Assembly: GCA_046485285.1 (NCBI GenBank)
Contig: JAWOHE010000008.1
Span: 1 to 33,055, forward strand
Direction: 5' to 3'
Source: a bacterium
GTDB lineage: Bacteria; Hydrothermota; Tepidihabitantia; Tepidihabitantales; Tepidihabitantaceae
DNA: 33,055 bases
How positions within the stretch are numbered: position 1 is the first letter of the stretch; each line of letters starts with the position of its first letter. Of the stretch, positions 8,221 to 16,758 are shown piece by piece. A program made the translations under genes and the position numbers. A model generated the notes under the pieces. That model worked only from the letters and a program-made list of their open reading frames with translations, ran no database searches and had not been told where the DNA came from.

Positions 8221-11200
8221 TCAGATGCCAGGGTGGTTCGGAGTAACCTGCGTTTCCAGTATAGGCCGCCCGGACGGCGCGTCAATGGTCAGTCCGGACG
8301 CGGGAAGGCTGGGCAGGAGACAACCGAGGCAAGGCGTCCTCTCGACGGTCGGTCCGGACGCGGGAGCGCTGGGTGCTGGCACGGACGAAAGAGCGAGCCC
8401 GAGCAGGGCCCGGACTTCCGCGTCGTCGAACCGCGCAAGGGCGAGCGCCCGCAACGCCGATGCGCGCAGGAACCAGCCTTCGCTGCCGGCTGCAAGCCGT
8501 TTGAGGAGGGGCAGGATGTCGGGGTCAGACGGGCGTTGCTCAAGCAGCGCGGTCAGCGCGCACGCGCGCACCATTTCGTTCCTGCCCTCGGTCGCGAGCC
8601 GCTTGACCAGCGGCAGGACGCCGGGGTCGGCCGGGCGCTGTTCGGCGAGGGCGCGCAGTGCGGACCAGCGCACGGCCTCGTCCCTGGCCTCGGTCGCGAG
8701 CCGCCTGAGCAGGGGCAGGACGTCGGGGTCGTCCGGCTGCAGTTCGGATAGCGCGCGCAACGCGGACCAGCGCACGGCCTCGTCCCTGGCCTCGGTCGCG
8801 AGCCGCCTGAGCAGGGGCAGGACGTCGGGGTCGTCCGGCTGCTTCCGGGCAAGCGGGCGGAGCGCGGACCAGCGGATGGTTTCGTCTGCCGCCGCGGTCG
8901 CCAACTGCTTCATCAGCGACGGGACGTCGGGGTCGGCCGGGCGTTGCCCGGCGAGCGCACGGAGCGCGGACCAGCGGACAACCTCGTCCTTGTCCCCGGC
9001 CGCGAGCTGTTTGAGCAGGGTGAGCACGCCGGAGGAGTCCAGGTAGTTTCCGGCCAGCAACTCGAGCGCGGACCGGCGCAGGTAAGAAGTCTCACCGTCA
9101 ACCGCGAGCTGTTTGAGCAGGGCGAGCACGCCGGGGTAATCCGGGTACCTGGCGGCCAGCGCCTCGAGCGCGGACCGGCGCAGGTAGTCGCCTTCGCCCT
9201 CGGTCGCCAGCCGCTTGAGCAGGGCGAGCACGCCGGGGTCGTCCGGGCACCGATCGGCGAGCGCGCGCAGCGCGCAGCCGCGCACCGCCACGCTCGCGTC
9301 CTCGTCCGCCAGTCGCCTGAGCAGTTCCGTCAGGCCGGGCGCGTCGGCGTGCTTCCCGGCCAGCGTCCGCAGGGCGGACCCGCGTACGGCCGGGCTCGGG
9401 TCCTCGGCCGCAAGCTGCTTCAGGAGTTCCGCCACGTCGGGGTCGTCGGGACACTTGTCGGCCAGGCTCCGGAGCGCGGACCAGCGCACGGCCTCATCCC
9501 TGCCTTCAGCCGCGAGCTGCTTGAGCAACTGCGGGATATCGGGGTCAGCCGGGTACTGCCCGGCAAGCGCCTGGTACGCGGACCAGCGCGCGGAGGCATT
9601 CGCGCCCCCGGCCACGAACTGCTTGAGCAGTTCCGGCACGCCGGGGTAGGTGGGGCAGTTGCCGGCCAGCACCTCGAGCGCGGACCAGCGCACGTTTTCG
9701 TCGCCGCCCTCGGCCGCCTGCTGCTTGAGCAGGGACAGCGCTTCAGGGTCGGTGCGGTGCACGGCGGCGGCGGCCGCCTGCGCGAACCGCCGGACGCCGT
9801 GGGCCTCGTGGACCAGCAGTTTCTCCCAGCGCTTGAACAGGTTCCAGTCCTGCCAGTGGAGATTCGCCGCGGCCAGCGCCGCCGTGGCCCGCGAGCACGG
9901 AGCCGGGTCTCCCGGCGCGGCGTGGGTGAAGAGCAGGCGCTCATAGCCCTGGAGGACGGATTCGACGTTGTCCCGGTCGCCGCCGGGATCGCGGACCTCG
10001 GCCAGGCACTCGACCGCGAGCAGGGCGAGCCGCGCGGAGGCGTCGGCGTTTCCATTCAGAAGCGCGGCCCGGGCCACGTGCGCGGCGATGGCGGTTCCGC
10101 GGTCGTCGCCGGCCATCCCGGCGAGCAGCCGGATGACCTCGTGCCACAACTCGTCGGTGACGCGCAGCTCGAGAACCTCCCGCGCCAGGCCGCTCAACCC
10201 GTAGCCCTCGATTTCCTTGAGCCTGCGTGCGTAGTGGTCCGCGCACAGGCAGTCCAGGAACGTCCGATCGGCAAACCCGAAGGTCTGCATCCCACAGCCG
10301 CGGAGGATGGAGTTGCCGGTCTCAAGCCGCTCGACCAGCGCCCGGGCCGCCGACACCGCGTCGTCCCGGTCCAGCCGGAGGCGCCCGGACTCGAACACCC
10401 GGGCGAATTCGTTCTCGAGGTCCTGCCCGGTGATGAAGTTGCCCCGGGCGGCCGCGCGCCGCTCCTGCGCTAAGAGCGCCGCGGCCCTCAGCAGGTCGAG
10501 CTTGTCGTCGAAGTCCAGGACCGGCGTGCCCGGCACGACCTTGCGGACGTGGCTGTCGGCGTGCCAGTGCTCGACCAGCGCGCGCACCGCGCGTTCGAGG
10601 ACCTGGTGGCGCCGGCGCGGCAGTTCGGACCGGCGCGGCGTCATCGCGAGGAGGGTCAGGAGCATCGGGTTGCCGGCAAGCGCGCGGATTTCCGGGGAGT
10701 CGTCCACCGCCCTGAGCAGCCGCTGGCGGCGCAACTCACCCCTGACCGTGTCCTCGGCCAGCGTGGTCGCGTACCACCGCCGGCAGAAACGCTCGATGCG
10801 GGGCCGGTCCAGGTCCTGGAGGACGCAGTGGGCAAACCCGGCGCGATCGAACCCGGCGCGGCGGTAGCCAATGGCACGCGAGGTGACGATGACCCGGGCG
10901 CCCGGGTAGTCAAGGGCACAGATCCGGCGCTCGATGTCGGCGCGCGTGCCCGGGTCGAACACCTCGTCGAGCCCGTCGAACACGAAGACCGCCGGGCCGC
11001 CGGACCGGAGCCACTCCTCCAGCTCCGGCTTCTGGAGCGGGTAGTTGTCGGCGTGGCCGAGCCGGTCAAGGTAGTCGACGAAGCCGAAGCCGGCACTGTC
11101 GGCCCGGGCGCTGAAAGCGGCGAGACGGCTCAGCTCGATGACGAACGGCGTCCGGCCGGCAAGGGCGCGCAGTTCCGGCGGCAGTTCGGGCGAGCACAGC

Positions 11201-12099
11201 GCCCACGCCAGGTAACGGCCGAGGAGTGACTTGCCCGAGCCCGGGTCGCCCAGGACGACAAGCCTCGAAGACGAGGGCGCCGCCAGCACTTCCCACAGCG
11301 GCTGGGCCGGCTCCGGGCGATGCTCGTGGCGCAGCTCCCCGGGCCTGCCCGGCGCGCCGTCCTCGCCGGGCAGTTCGCCCACGGCCGCGAGCCGGCTCTC
11401 GATGGACTCGGCCGGCCCGGTGCCGGGCGGGTCGGGCCGGACCTCGGGCTCGACAAAGACCTGCTCGAGCAGGAACCGGGGGCCTTCGCCGTCCGGGTCC
11501 ACCGGGGCGAGTCGGTCGAGCGGGAAGAACCGGTAGCGGTCGCGCAGCCGGGCCCGGTAGCGGGCAAGGTCGAACGCGGCGTCAACCGCGCTCCCGCGGC
11601 CCTCGGTCTCGAGCAACTGCCGCCGGCGAATGAGCTCGGCCACCGGGCGCAGGGCCGCGGCAAGCTCGGGAGTACGCCGGGTCGACCGGGCGTGCGCCTC
11701 GCTCAGCCGGGACCACTTGAACCCCTCGGGCAGGGCAGGTCCCTCCGCGGCAAACGTCTCGTTCCAGGCGCGTCCGAGAACCGCGGCGTCGGGCATCGAG
11801 TCCGGGTCCAACTCGAGCAGCGGGCGCACCAGTTCCTGCCAGACCGACCGGCATTCGACCAGCCTCAGCAGGCGCGGGACGAAGTCGATACGGATTTCAT
11901 CGTCGCTGAGCCCGTCGGCCTGGAGGTTGCGGACGGAAGCCGCGACCGCCGTGCCCAGCACAACGGCAACCGCCTGCTCGGCGCCGGCGACCTCGCCGCC
12001 CTTGAGCTCGCCACCGGTCAGGTCCGCGACGGCGCTCGTCGCGAGGTCCCTGAGCGCGTCAAGACCGCCGCCCAGCATCGAATCGACGGCTTCGCTCAT
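8221..12099 (-). CDS. NACHT (STAND) NTPase with C-terminal HEAT/PBS-lyase-like repeats; bacterial NLR-like protein
   Basis: Walker A LVVLGDPGSGKS, Walker B VFVFDGLDEV, IVTSR, GNPMLL; ~13 34-aa repeats. Confidence 0.9.
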   Translation of the reverse strand: MSEAVDSMLGGGLDALRDLATSAVADLTGGELKGGEVAGAEQAVAVVLGTAVAASVRNLQADGLSDDEIRIDFVPRLLRLVECRSVWQELVRPLLELDPDSMPDAAVLGRAWNETFAAEGPALPEGFKWSRLSEAHARSTRRTPELAAALRPVAELIRRRQLLETEGRGSAVDAAFDLARYRARLRDRYRFFPLDRLAPVDPDGEGPRFLLEQVFVEPEVRPDPPGTGPAESIESRLAAVGELPGEDGAPGRPGELRHEHRPEPAQPLWEVLAAPSSSRLVVLGDPGSGKSLLGRYLAWALCSPELPPELRALAGRTPFVIELSRLAAFSARADSAGFGFVDYLDRLGHADNYPLQKPELEEWLRSGGPAVFVFDGLDEVFDPGTRADIERRICALDYPGARVIVTSRAIGYRRAGFDRAGFAHCVLQDLDRPRIERFCRRWYATTLAEDTVRGELRRQRLLRAVDDSPEIRALAGNPMLLTLLAMTPRRSELPRRRHQVLERAVRALVEHWHADSHVRKVVPGTPVLDFDDKLDLLRAAALLAQERRAAARGNFITGQDLENEFARVFESGRLRLDRDDAVSAARALVERLETGNSILRGCGMQTFGFADRTFLDCLCADHYARRLKEIEGYGLSGLAREVLELRVTDELWHEVIRLLAGMAGDDRGTAIAAHVARAALLNGNADASARLALLAVECLAEVRDPGGDRDNVESVLQGYERLLFTHAAPGDPAPCSRATAALAAANLHWQDWNLFKRWEKLLVHEAHGVRRFAQAAAAAVHRTDPEALSLLKQQAAEGGDENVRWSALEVLAGNCPTYPGVPELLKQFVAGGANASARWSAYQALAGQYPADPDIPQLLKQLAAEGRDEAVRWSALRSLADKCPDDPDVAELLKQLAAEDPSPAVRGSALRTLAGKHADAPGLTELLRRLADEDASVAVRGCALRALADRCPDDPGVLALLKRLATEGEGDYLRRSALEALAARYPDYPGVLALLKQLAVDGETSYLRRSALELLAGNYLDSSGVLTLLKQLAAGDKDEVVRWSALRALAGQRPADPDVPSLMKQLATAAADETIRWSALRPLARKQPDDPDVLPLLRRLATEARDEAVRWSALRALSELQPDDPDVLPLLRRLATEARDEAVRWSALRALAEQRPADPGVLPLVKRLATEGRNEMVRACALTALLEQRPSDPDILPLLKRLAAGSEGWFLRASALRALALARFDDAEVRALLGLALSSVPAPSAPASGPTVERTPCLGCLLPSLPASGLTIDAPSGRPILETQVTPNHPGI
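8258..8285 (-). promoter_or_regulatory. Sigma70-like promoter for the 8171 gene, inside the NACHT 3' tail
   Basis: TTGACG-16-TATACT. Confidence 0.55.
8400..9720 (-). repeat. 102-bp (34-aa) coding tandem repeats, ~13 HEAT units
   Basis: Recurrent (D/E)xVRWSALxxLA…DPxVxxLLKxLA; 8660-8740 is identical to 8762-8842. Confidence 0.9.
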
Positions 12100-12108
12100 C
12101 GTAGGGTC

Positions 12109-12136
12109 ACTTTAGCCTGACCTGATACGGTGTCAA
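12109..12136 (-). promoter_or_regulatory. Sigma70-like promoter for the NACHT gene (near-leaderless)
   Basis: TTGACA-16-TAAAGT; ATG 9 nt after the -10 box; no SD. Confidence 0.6.
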
Positions 12137-12368
12137 GCAACGCCGCGCCGGTCCGCTCTCGTTCCGCGTCCGGCGGGCAGAAAGCCGGCCGCGCCTGTGG
12201 ACGCGCTCAGGCGCAGGGCGCCCGGCCTCAAGCCCGGCGCCAACGACTGGACTTGACGCGCGACTGGTTGTCCTGGTAGAAGGCGTCGTCGCTCATAGCC
12301 TACCCCACCGGCCAGCCCGGTATCGCCTTGTCTATTCCCGCCATCAGCCGGATGGGGTTGCGGATGGA

Positions 12369-12400
12369 ATCGCCCCGCTTGCGGGCGCGTGGATAGAAAC
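12369..12400 (+). CRISPR. Solitary type I-C-like CRISPR repeat (no array, no cas genes)
   Basis: ATCGCCCCGCTTGCGGGCGCGTGGATAGAAAC, 32 nt; resembles the I-C pattern GTCGCGCCC…GGGCGCGTGGATTGAAAC. Confidence 0.55.
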
Positions 12401-12466
12401 AGTCTGGCCGGGCGGCAAGCGTCTCTCGCAGTCGGCCTGTCAAGCCGCCCGGATGCCCGTCCGGAC

Positions 12467-12846
12467 CCCCACCCCCACCTGCCTTCCCCTAGCGGCCCCG
12501 GGGACGCCTCCCCTAGCGGTCCCGGGGGCGGCCTCCGGGACGGCTCCCGAGGCGGTCCCCGGGGCGGCCCCCGGAACCGTCCCGGGGATATCCCCGGGTA
12601 TACCCCCCGGAGCGCTCCTGACTGCCCGGGAATCAAAGGGAAAGTCGGACGACACCCCTATCCCCACCAGCATCCCCGGAGCGGCTCCCGGAACCGTCCC
12701 GGGGACATCCCCGGGGATACCCCCCCTGCCGTCAAAGCTCAGCCGGTGTGTGACTTACGCTTGGGTGCCCGGGAACAAGGCCTGCGAGCGGCTCCTACCC
12801 GACTACGCCAGGGAGGGCCTTGACCCGAAGATGCTGTTTGGGTTCG
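12467..12846 (+). repeat. Dispersed intergenic element copy 1 (12-bp GC tandem array plus conserved core)
   Basis: CCCCACCCCCACCTGCCTTCCCCTAGCGGCCCC…12-bp units…CCCCCCCTGCCGTCAAAGCTCAGCCGGTGTGTGACTTACGCTTGGGTGCCCG; matches 29204-29364 reverse-complemented. Confidence 0.85.
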
Positions 12847-12909
12847 CCCCGACGGACCCCGGTCGAGATGACGGCGGTGGGCGTGCGGGCGGGCCCGGGT
12901 CGCGGGCGG

Positions 12910-12937
12910 TTGACACATCGGGCCCGGCAGTTATGCT
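12910..12937 (+). promoter_or_regulatory. Sigma70-like promoter for the TPR-AAA+ regulator
   Basis: TTGACA-16-TATGCT. Confidence 0.65.
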
Positions 12938-12954
12938 GGAGGTCCGGGTAAACC

Positions 12955-15654
12955 GTGAAGAAGCCAGCCGAAGCCGCGCGCGAGGAAATCGAGGCCCTGA
13001 AGGGCCGGCTGTCCGGGCTTGCCGACGGGCCGGAGCGGGTCGGGGTCCTGCTCGAGCTGGCCAGGCTGCTGCGCTTCAGGGAACCCCGGGCGGCGCTCCC
13101 GCGCCTCGAGGAGGCGGCCCGGCTCGCGTCAGCGGCCGGCGACCAGAGCCGGGTCGCGCTTTCGAGCTACCGGCTGGCGCAACTCCACTCGCACCTGGGA
13201 AGCCCCGAGCAGGCGGCGGAGTCGGCACAGCGGGCGCTGGCGGCCGCGCGCGCGTCGGGCGAGCCCAGTGACGAGGCGATGGCGTACCGGGCGATGGCAA
13301 CCGTGGCGCAGGCAAAGGGCGAGTACGCGAAGGCCCGGGAGAGCTTCGAGAAGGCCATCGCGGCGAGCGAGGCGGCCGGAGACCGGGAGGGCAGGTACGG
13401 CGCGCTGCAGGGTCTGGCCAACGTGAGCTACGCGCAGGGCAGGCACCTGGAGGCGCTGGGCTTCGAGCGGCAGTGCCTCGAACTGGCCGACCGGCCCGAG
13501 CAGGCGGCGGCGGTGCAGATGAACATCGGGCTGACGCTCCACGGCCTGGGCAGGCTGGAGGAGTCGGCCGGGCACTACTACCGGGCGATGGCAATCTGCG
13601 AGGAGCACGGTTTCGCCCTGCTGTCGGTGGCGCGGCACAACCTCGGCATCCTGTACCTGACGCGGAACCGGCTTGATGAGGCGGCGGACATCTTCAGCCA
13701 GGTCGTGGCCGAAGAACGGAGGAACCCGACCGAGCCGGCGTTCCTCGGCTGTGCCCTGATGAATCTCGGGGTTACCCACGAGCGTTCCGGCAATCACGCG
13801 GCCGCCGAGCGCGCCTACACCGAGTCGGCGGCGATACTCGAGCGGACGGGAAGAAAGGACATGCTCGCCAACCTGTACGGCAACATCGCCAGCCTGGCGG
13901 TTGCCGAGGGCCGGCTCGACCGGGCGCGGGACTACGTCGAGCGGTCTTACCGGCTGGCCGACGAGCTGGACCTGCGGCCTGAGCAGGGTGATGCCTGGGC
14001 CATCCGGGCCCGGGTCCGGTCCGAGGAGGGCGACGCGGCCGGGGCGAAGGCGGCATTCGAGCAGGCCATCGGCCTGCTCGCGGACAACCCGGAATCGGAC
14101 AAGCTCGCCCGGACCAGGCTCGAGTATGCGAAGCACCTTGTCGCGACCGGTGAGCCGGGCAAGGCCGGGCCGCTGCTCAGGCAGGCGCTCGAGGCGTTCC
14201 GGAACCTGACGGTCGTGACCGGTTCCGAGGAGGCCAACCGGCTGCTGTACGAGCTCGAACGGCCTGACGGCGGCGAGGCGGCGCTGGCCGGGGCGGTGCG
14301 CGGCCTCGCGGCGACAGGGCTGGAGCCGAACGATTTCTTCGCCCGGGTGCTCGGGATGCTGTGTGAGGGCCTGGGTTTCGAGAGCGGGGTGGTGCTGGCC
14401 GGGGACCGGCCGGTGGTGTTGCGCGGCCGGCCGCGGGTGGACCGGGCGGTCGAGCTGTGCCGGCAGGGCGAGCCGCGGTGCGGGGAGAGCGAGCTGGTGC
14501 TGCCGGTGCGGGCGGAAGGCCGGGCGCTTGGCGGGGTGTTCCTCTCGCGGTCGAAGCCCGGGGCCGCGGAGCAGGGCCGGGCGGTGCTGGCCGACATCGC
14601 GGACTGCCTGTCCGGGCCGCTGGGCAGACAGGCAGAGCTCTTCGCGGCGCCGGCCGGGGCAGAGGCGGAGATTCCCGGACTGCAGTACCGTGGTTTCGTG
14701 GGGGCCAACCCGGTGGTGCTGGAGGCGTTGAAGACGGTGGTGCGGGTGGCGGGCGCGTCGATACCGGTGCTGATACGGGGCGAGAGCGGGACGGGGAAGG
14801 AGCTGGCGGCGCGGGCGCTGCACGAGTCCGGGGCGCGGCGGGACAAGCCGTTCGTGGCGGTGAACTGCGCGGCGGTGCCGGAAGGGTTGTTGGAGGCGGA
14901 GTTCTTCGGGATCGAGAAGGGGGCGGCGACGGGTGTGGTGGCGCGGCGGGGGAAGTTCGAGCAGGCGGACGGGGGGACGGTGTTCCTGGACGAGATCGGG
15001 GACATGAGCGCGGGTCTGCAGGCGCGGCTGCTGCGGGTGGTGCAGGACAAGAAGGTGGAGCCGGTGGGTGGCGGGCGTGAGGTGGCGGTGGATGTGCGGG
15101 TGGTGGCGGCGACGAACCAGCCGCTGGAAGAGCTGATCGAGCAGGGCAGGTTTCGGCAGGACCTGTACTACCGGCTGAACGGGGTTGAGATCGGGTTGCC
15201 GCCGCTGCGGGAGCGGCGTGGTGACATCCCGGGACTGGTGCGGCACTTCATCGCGCGGAGCAACCAGCGGTTTGGGCGGGAGCTGGTGGGGGCGAGCGAG
15301 GAGGCGGTGGGGCGGCTGATGGCGCACGGGTGGCCGGGCAACGTGCGGCAGTTGCGGCACGTGGTGGAGCGGTCGGTGGTGCTGGCGCGGGGGCGGGTGC
15401 TGGAGGTTGGCGACCTGCCGCCGGAGCTGCGGCGGCTCGAGCCGGTCGAGGCGAGCGGGGCGACGGGCGGGCTGCGCGAGGCGAGGCGCAGGGTCAGGGC
15501 GAAGGCGGCCGGCGACCTCGAGCGGGCGATGATAATCGAGTATCTGGGCCGGGCGGAGTGGAATGTCAGCAAGGCGGCGGAGCTGGCCGGGTACAGCCGG
15601 GCGCAGTTCTACCGGCTGATGCGGCGGCACGAGGTCGTGCGGCCCGATCAGTAG
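12955..15654 (+). CDS. TPR-repeat sigma54-interaction-type AAA+ transcriptional regulator with Fis-type HTH
   Basis: N-terminal TPRs; GESGTGKE, VNCAA, FLDEIG, RVVAATN, FRQDLYYRL, WPGNVRQL; HTH NVSKAAELAGYSRAQFYR. Confidence 0.92.
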   Translation: MKKPAEAAREEIEALKGRLSGLADGPERVGVLLELARLLRFREPRAALPRLEEAARLASAAGDQSRVALSSYRLAQLHSHLGSPEQAAESAQRALAAARASGEPSDEAMAYRAMATVAQAKGEYAKARESFEKAIAASEAAGDREGRYGALQGLANVSYAQGRHLEALGFERQCLELADRPEQAAAVQMNIGLTLHGLGRLEESAGHYYRAMAICEEHGFALLSVARHNLGILYLTRNRLDEAADIFSQVVAEERRNPTEPAFLGCALMNLGVTHERSGNHAAAERAYTESAAILERTGRKDMLANLYGNIASLAVAEGRLDRARDYVERSYRLADELDLRPEQGDAWAIRARVRSEEGDAAGAKAAFEQAIGLLADNPESDKLARTRLEYAKHLVATGEPGKAGPLLRQALEAFRNLTVVTGSEEANRLLYELERPDGGEAALAGAVRGLAATGLEPNDFFARVLGMLCEGLGFESGVVLAGDRPVVLRGRPRVDRAVELCRQGEPRCGESELVLPVRAEGRALGGVFLSRSKPGAAEQGRAVLADIADCLSGPLGRQAELFAAPAGAEAEIPGLQYRGFVGANPVVLEALKTVVRVAGASIPVLIRGESGTGKELAARALHESGARRDKPFVAVNCAAVPEGLLEAEFFGIEKGAATGVVARRGKFEQADGGTVFLDEIGDMSAGLQARLLRVVQDKKVEPVGGGREVAVDVRVVAATNQPLEELIEQGRFRQDLYYRLNGVEIGLPPLRERRGDIPGLVRHFIARSNQRFGRELVGASEEAVGRLMAHGWPGNVRQLRHVVERSVVLARGRVLEVGDLPPELRRLEPVEASGATGGLREARRRVRAKAAGDLERAMIIEYLGRAEWNVSKAAELAGYSRAQFYRLMRRHEVVRPDQ

Positions 15655-15713
15655 AAGAGCGCGGCGCAGGTTTTCGGGCGATGCGGGGTCTAAGCGGCAG
15701 GGTTCATCCGCGC

Positions 15714-15741
15714 TTGCGCCGGGCGGCGGTCGGCGTAGACT
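15714..15741 (+). promoter_or_regulatory. Sigma70-like promoter for the porin-CotH-VTC operon
   Basis: TTGCGC-16-TAGACT, followed by AAAAGGAG. Confidence 0.5.
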
Positions 15742-15766
15742 GAACCCCTTAAAAGGAGTTGCAGTA

Positions 15767-16744
15767 CTGACCAAGAGTCGGCCGTCCGGGTTGCGGCCAG
15801 CGGTGCTCGTCATGCTCGCGCTCGCGGCCGCGCCAGCGCCCGCGGTGCGGGTGAGCGCCCGGTCCGGTACCGAGCGGCTCGACATCGACGGCTACGCCCA
15901 CGTCCAATGGCGGCAGATTCTCCAGGGCGGCGGCTCGCCGAGGTACGGTTTCGTCCTGCGGCGGGCGAGGGTCGAGTTCGACTACCGGTTTGACGAGCGG
16001 GTCGCGGCGAGCCTCGAGCTCGGCGGCGACCGGCTGGCGCTGTCGGTCAAGGACGCGTTCATCGAGTACCGGGTTGGCCGGCCGCTCCGGCTGGTCGCCG
16101 GCCTGCGGAAGATGCCGTTCAGCCGGGAGGAGCTTCGGCCTTCGAACCGGCTGCTGACGATCGAGCGCGGCGAGACCAACGACGAGTTCGGCGAACTAGG
16201 CTTCCTGGGCCGGGACATCGGGCTCGCGGTCGACGGCGAGCTATTCGAGCCGGTCCTGCCGGTCGGCTACGCGCTCGGGGTCTACAACGGCACCCGGTTC
16301 TACCGCGACGACAACGACGCCAAGCAGTTCGTCGAGCGGCTGACGGTCGCACCGGCGCGCTGGCTGGCGGTCGGCCTGAACGCGACCCAGCGCAACGACA
16401 CGCTGACCGGGCGGCTGGTCGGCGCGGGCGGCGGCGACGTGCTGGTCAGCCTCGGCGCCGCGACGGTCGAGGCCGAGGCGCTTGCCGGGACCGCCGAGCC
16501 GGGCCGGACGCTCGCCGGCGGCCACGTCACCGGCGCGTACCGGCTGGGCGCGTTCGAGCCGGTCGCGCGGTTCGAGCGGTTCAGCCCGGACGTCGCGGCC
16601 GGGGATTGGCAGACGACGGCAACCGCGGGACTGAACTGGCACGTCCACCGCGGGGCGCGGCTCAAGGCCAACCTCGTCGCCGAGTTCGAGCCCGGGAGCA
16701 GGGCCGGTTACGCGGCGGTGGTCGAGGCGCAGGCGGGATTCTAG
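15767..16744 (+). CDS. Phosphate-selective porin O/P-like outer-membrane protein (start CTG 15767 or TTG 15791)
   Basis: Signal peptide; FVLRRARV, KDAFIEY, KMPFSREEL, IER, GRDIG; terminal Phe. Confidence 0.75.
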   Translation: MTKSRPSGLRPAVLVMLALAAAPAPAVRVSARSGTERLDIDGYAHVQWRQILQGGGSPRYGFVLRRARVEFDYRFDERVAASLELGGDRLALSVKDAFIEYRVGRPLRLVAGLRKMPFSREELRPSNRLLTIERGETNDEFGELGFLGRDIGLAVDGELFEPVLPVGYALGVYNGTRFYRDDNDAKQFVERLTVAPARWLAVGLNATQRNDTLTGRLVGAGGGDVLVSLGAATVEAEALAGTAEPGRTLAGGHVTGAYRLGAFEPVARFERFSPDVAAGDWQTTATAGLNWHVHRGARLKANLVAEFEPGSRAGYAAVVEAQAGF

Positions 16745-16758
16745 AACAGGAGCAGACG

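Noticed and set aside
8377-8392. TGGCAC as a sigma54 -24 box
   Set aside because: No TTGC at -12; lies antisense within a CDS
8400-12726. HEAT repeats or the 12-bp array as a CRISPR array
   Set aside because: HEAT units are in-frame coding repeats; the 12-bp units have no spacers
12133-13271. ORFs 12133-12636, 12389-12823, 12440-12673, 12453-13271 as genes
   Set aside because: Openness is explained by the 12-bp GC array; no SD; one overlaps the regulator. Only a residual cryptic-peptide possibility is noted in findings
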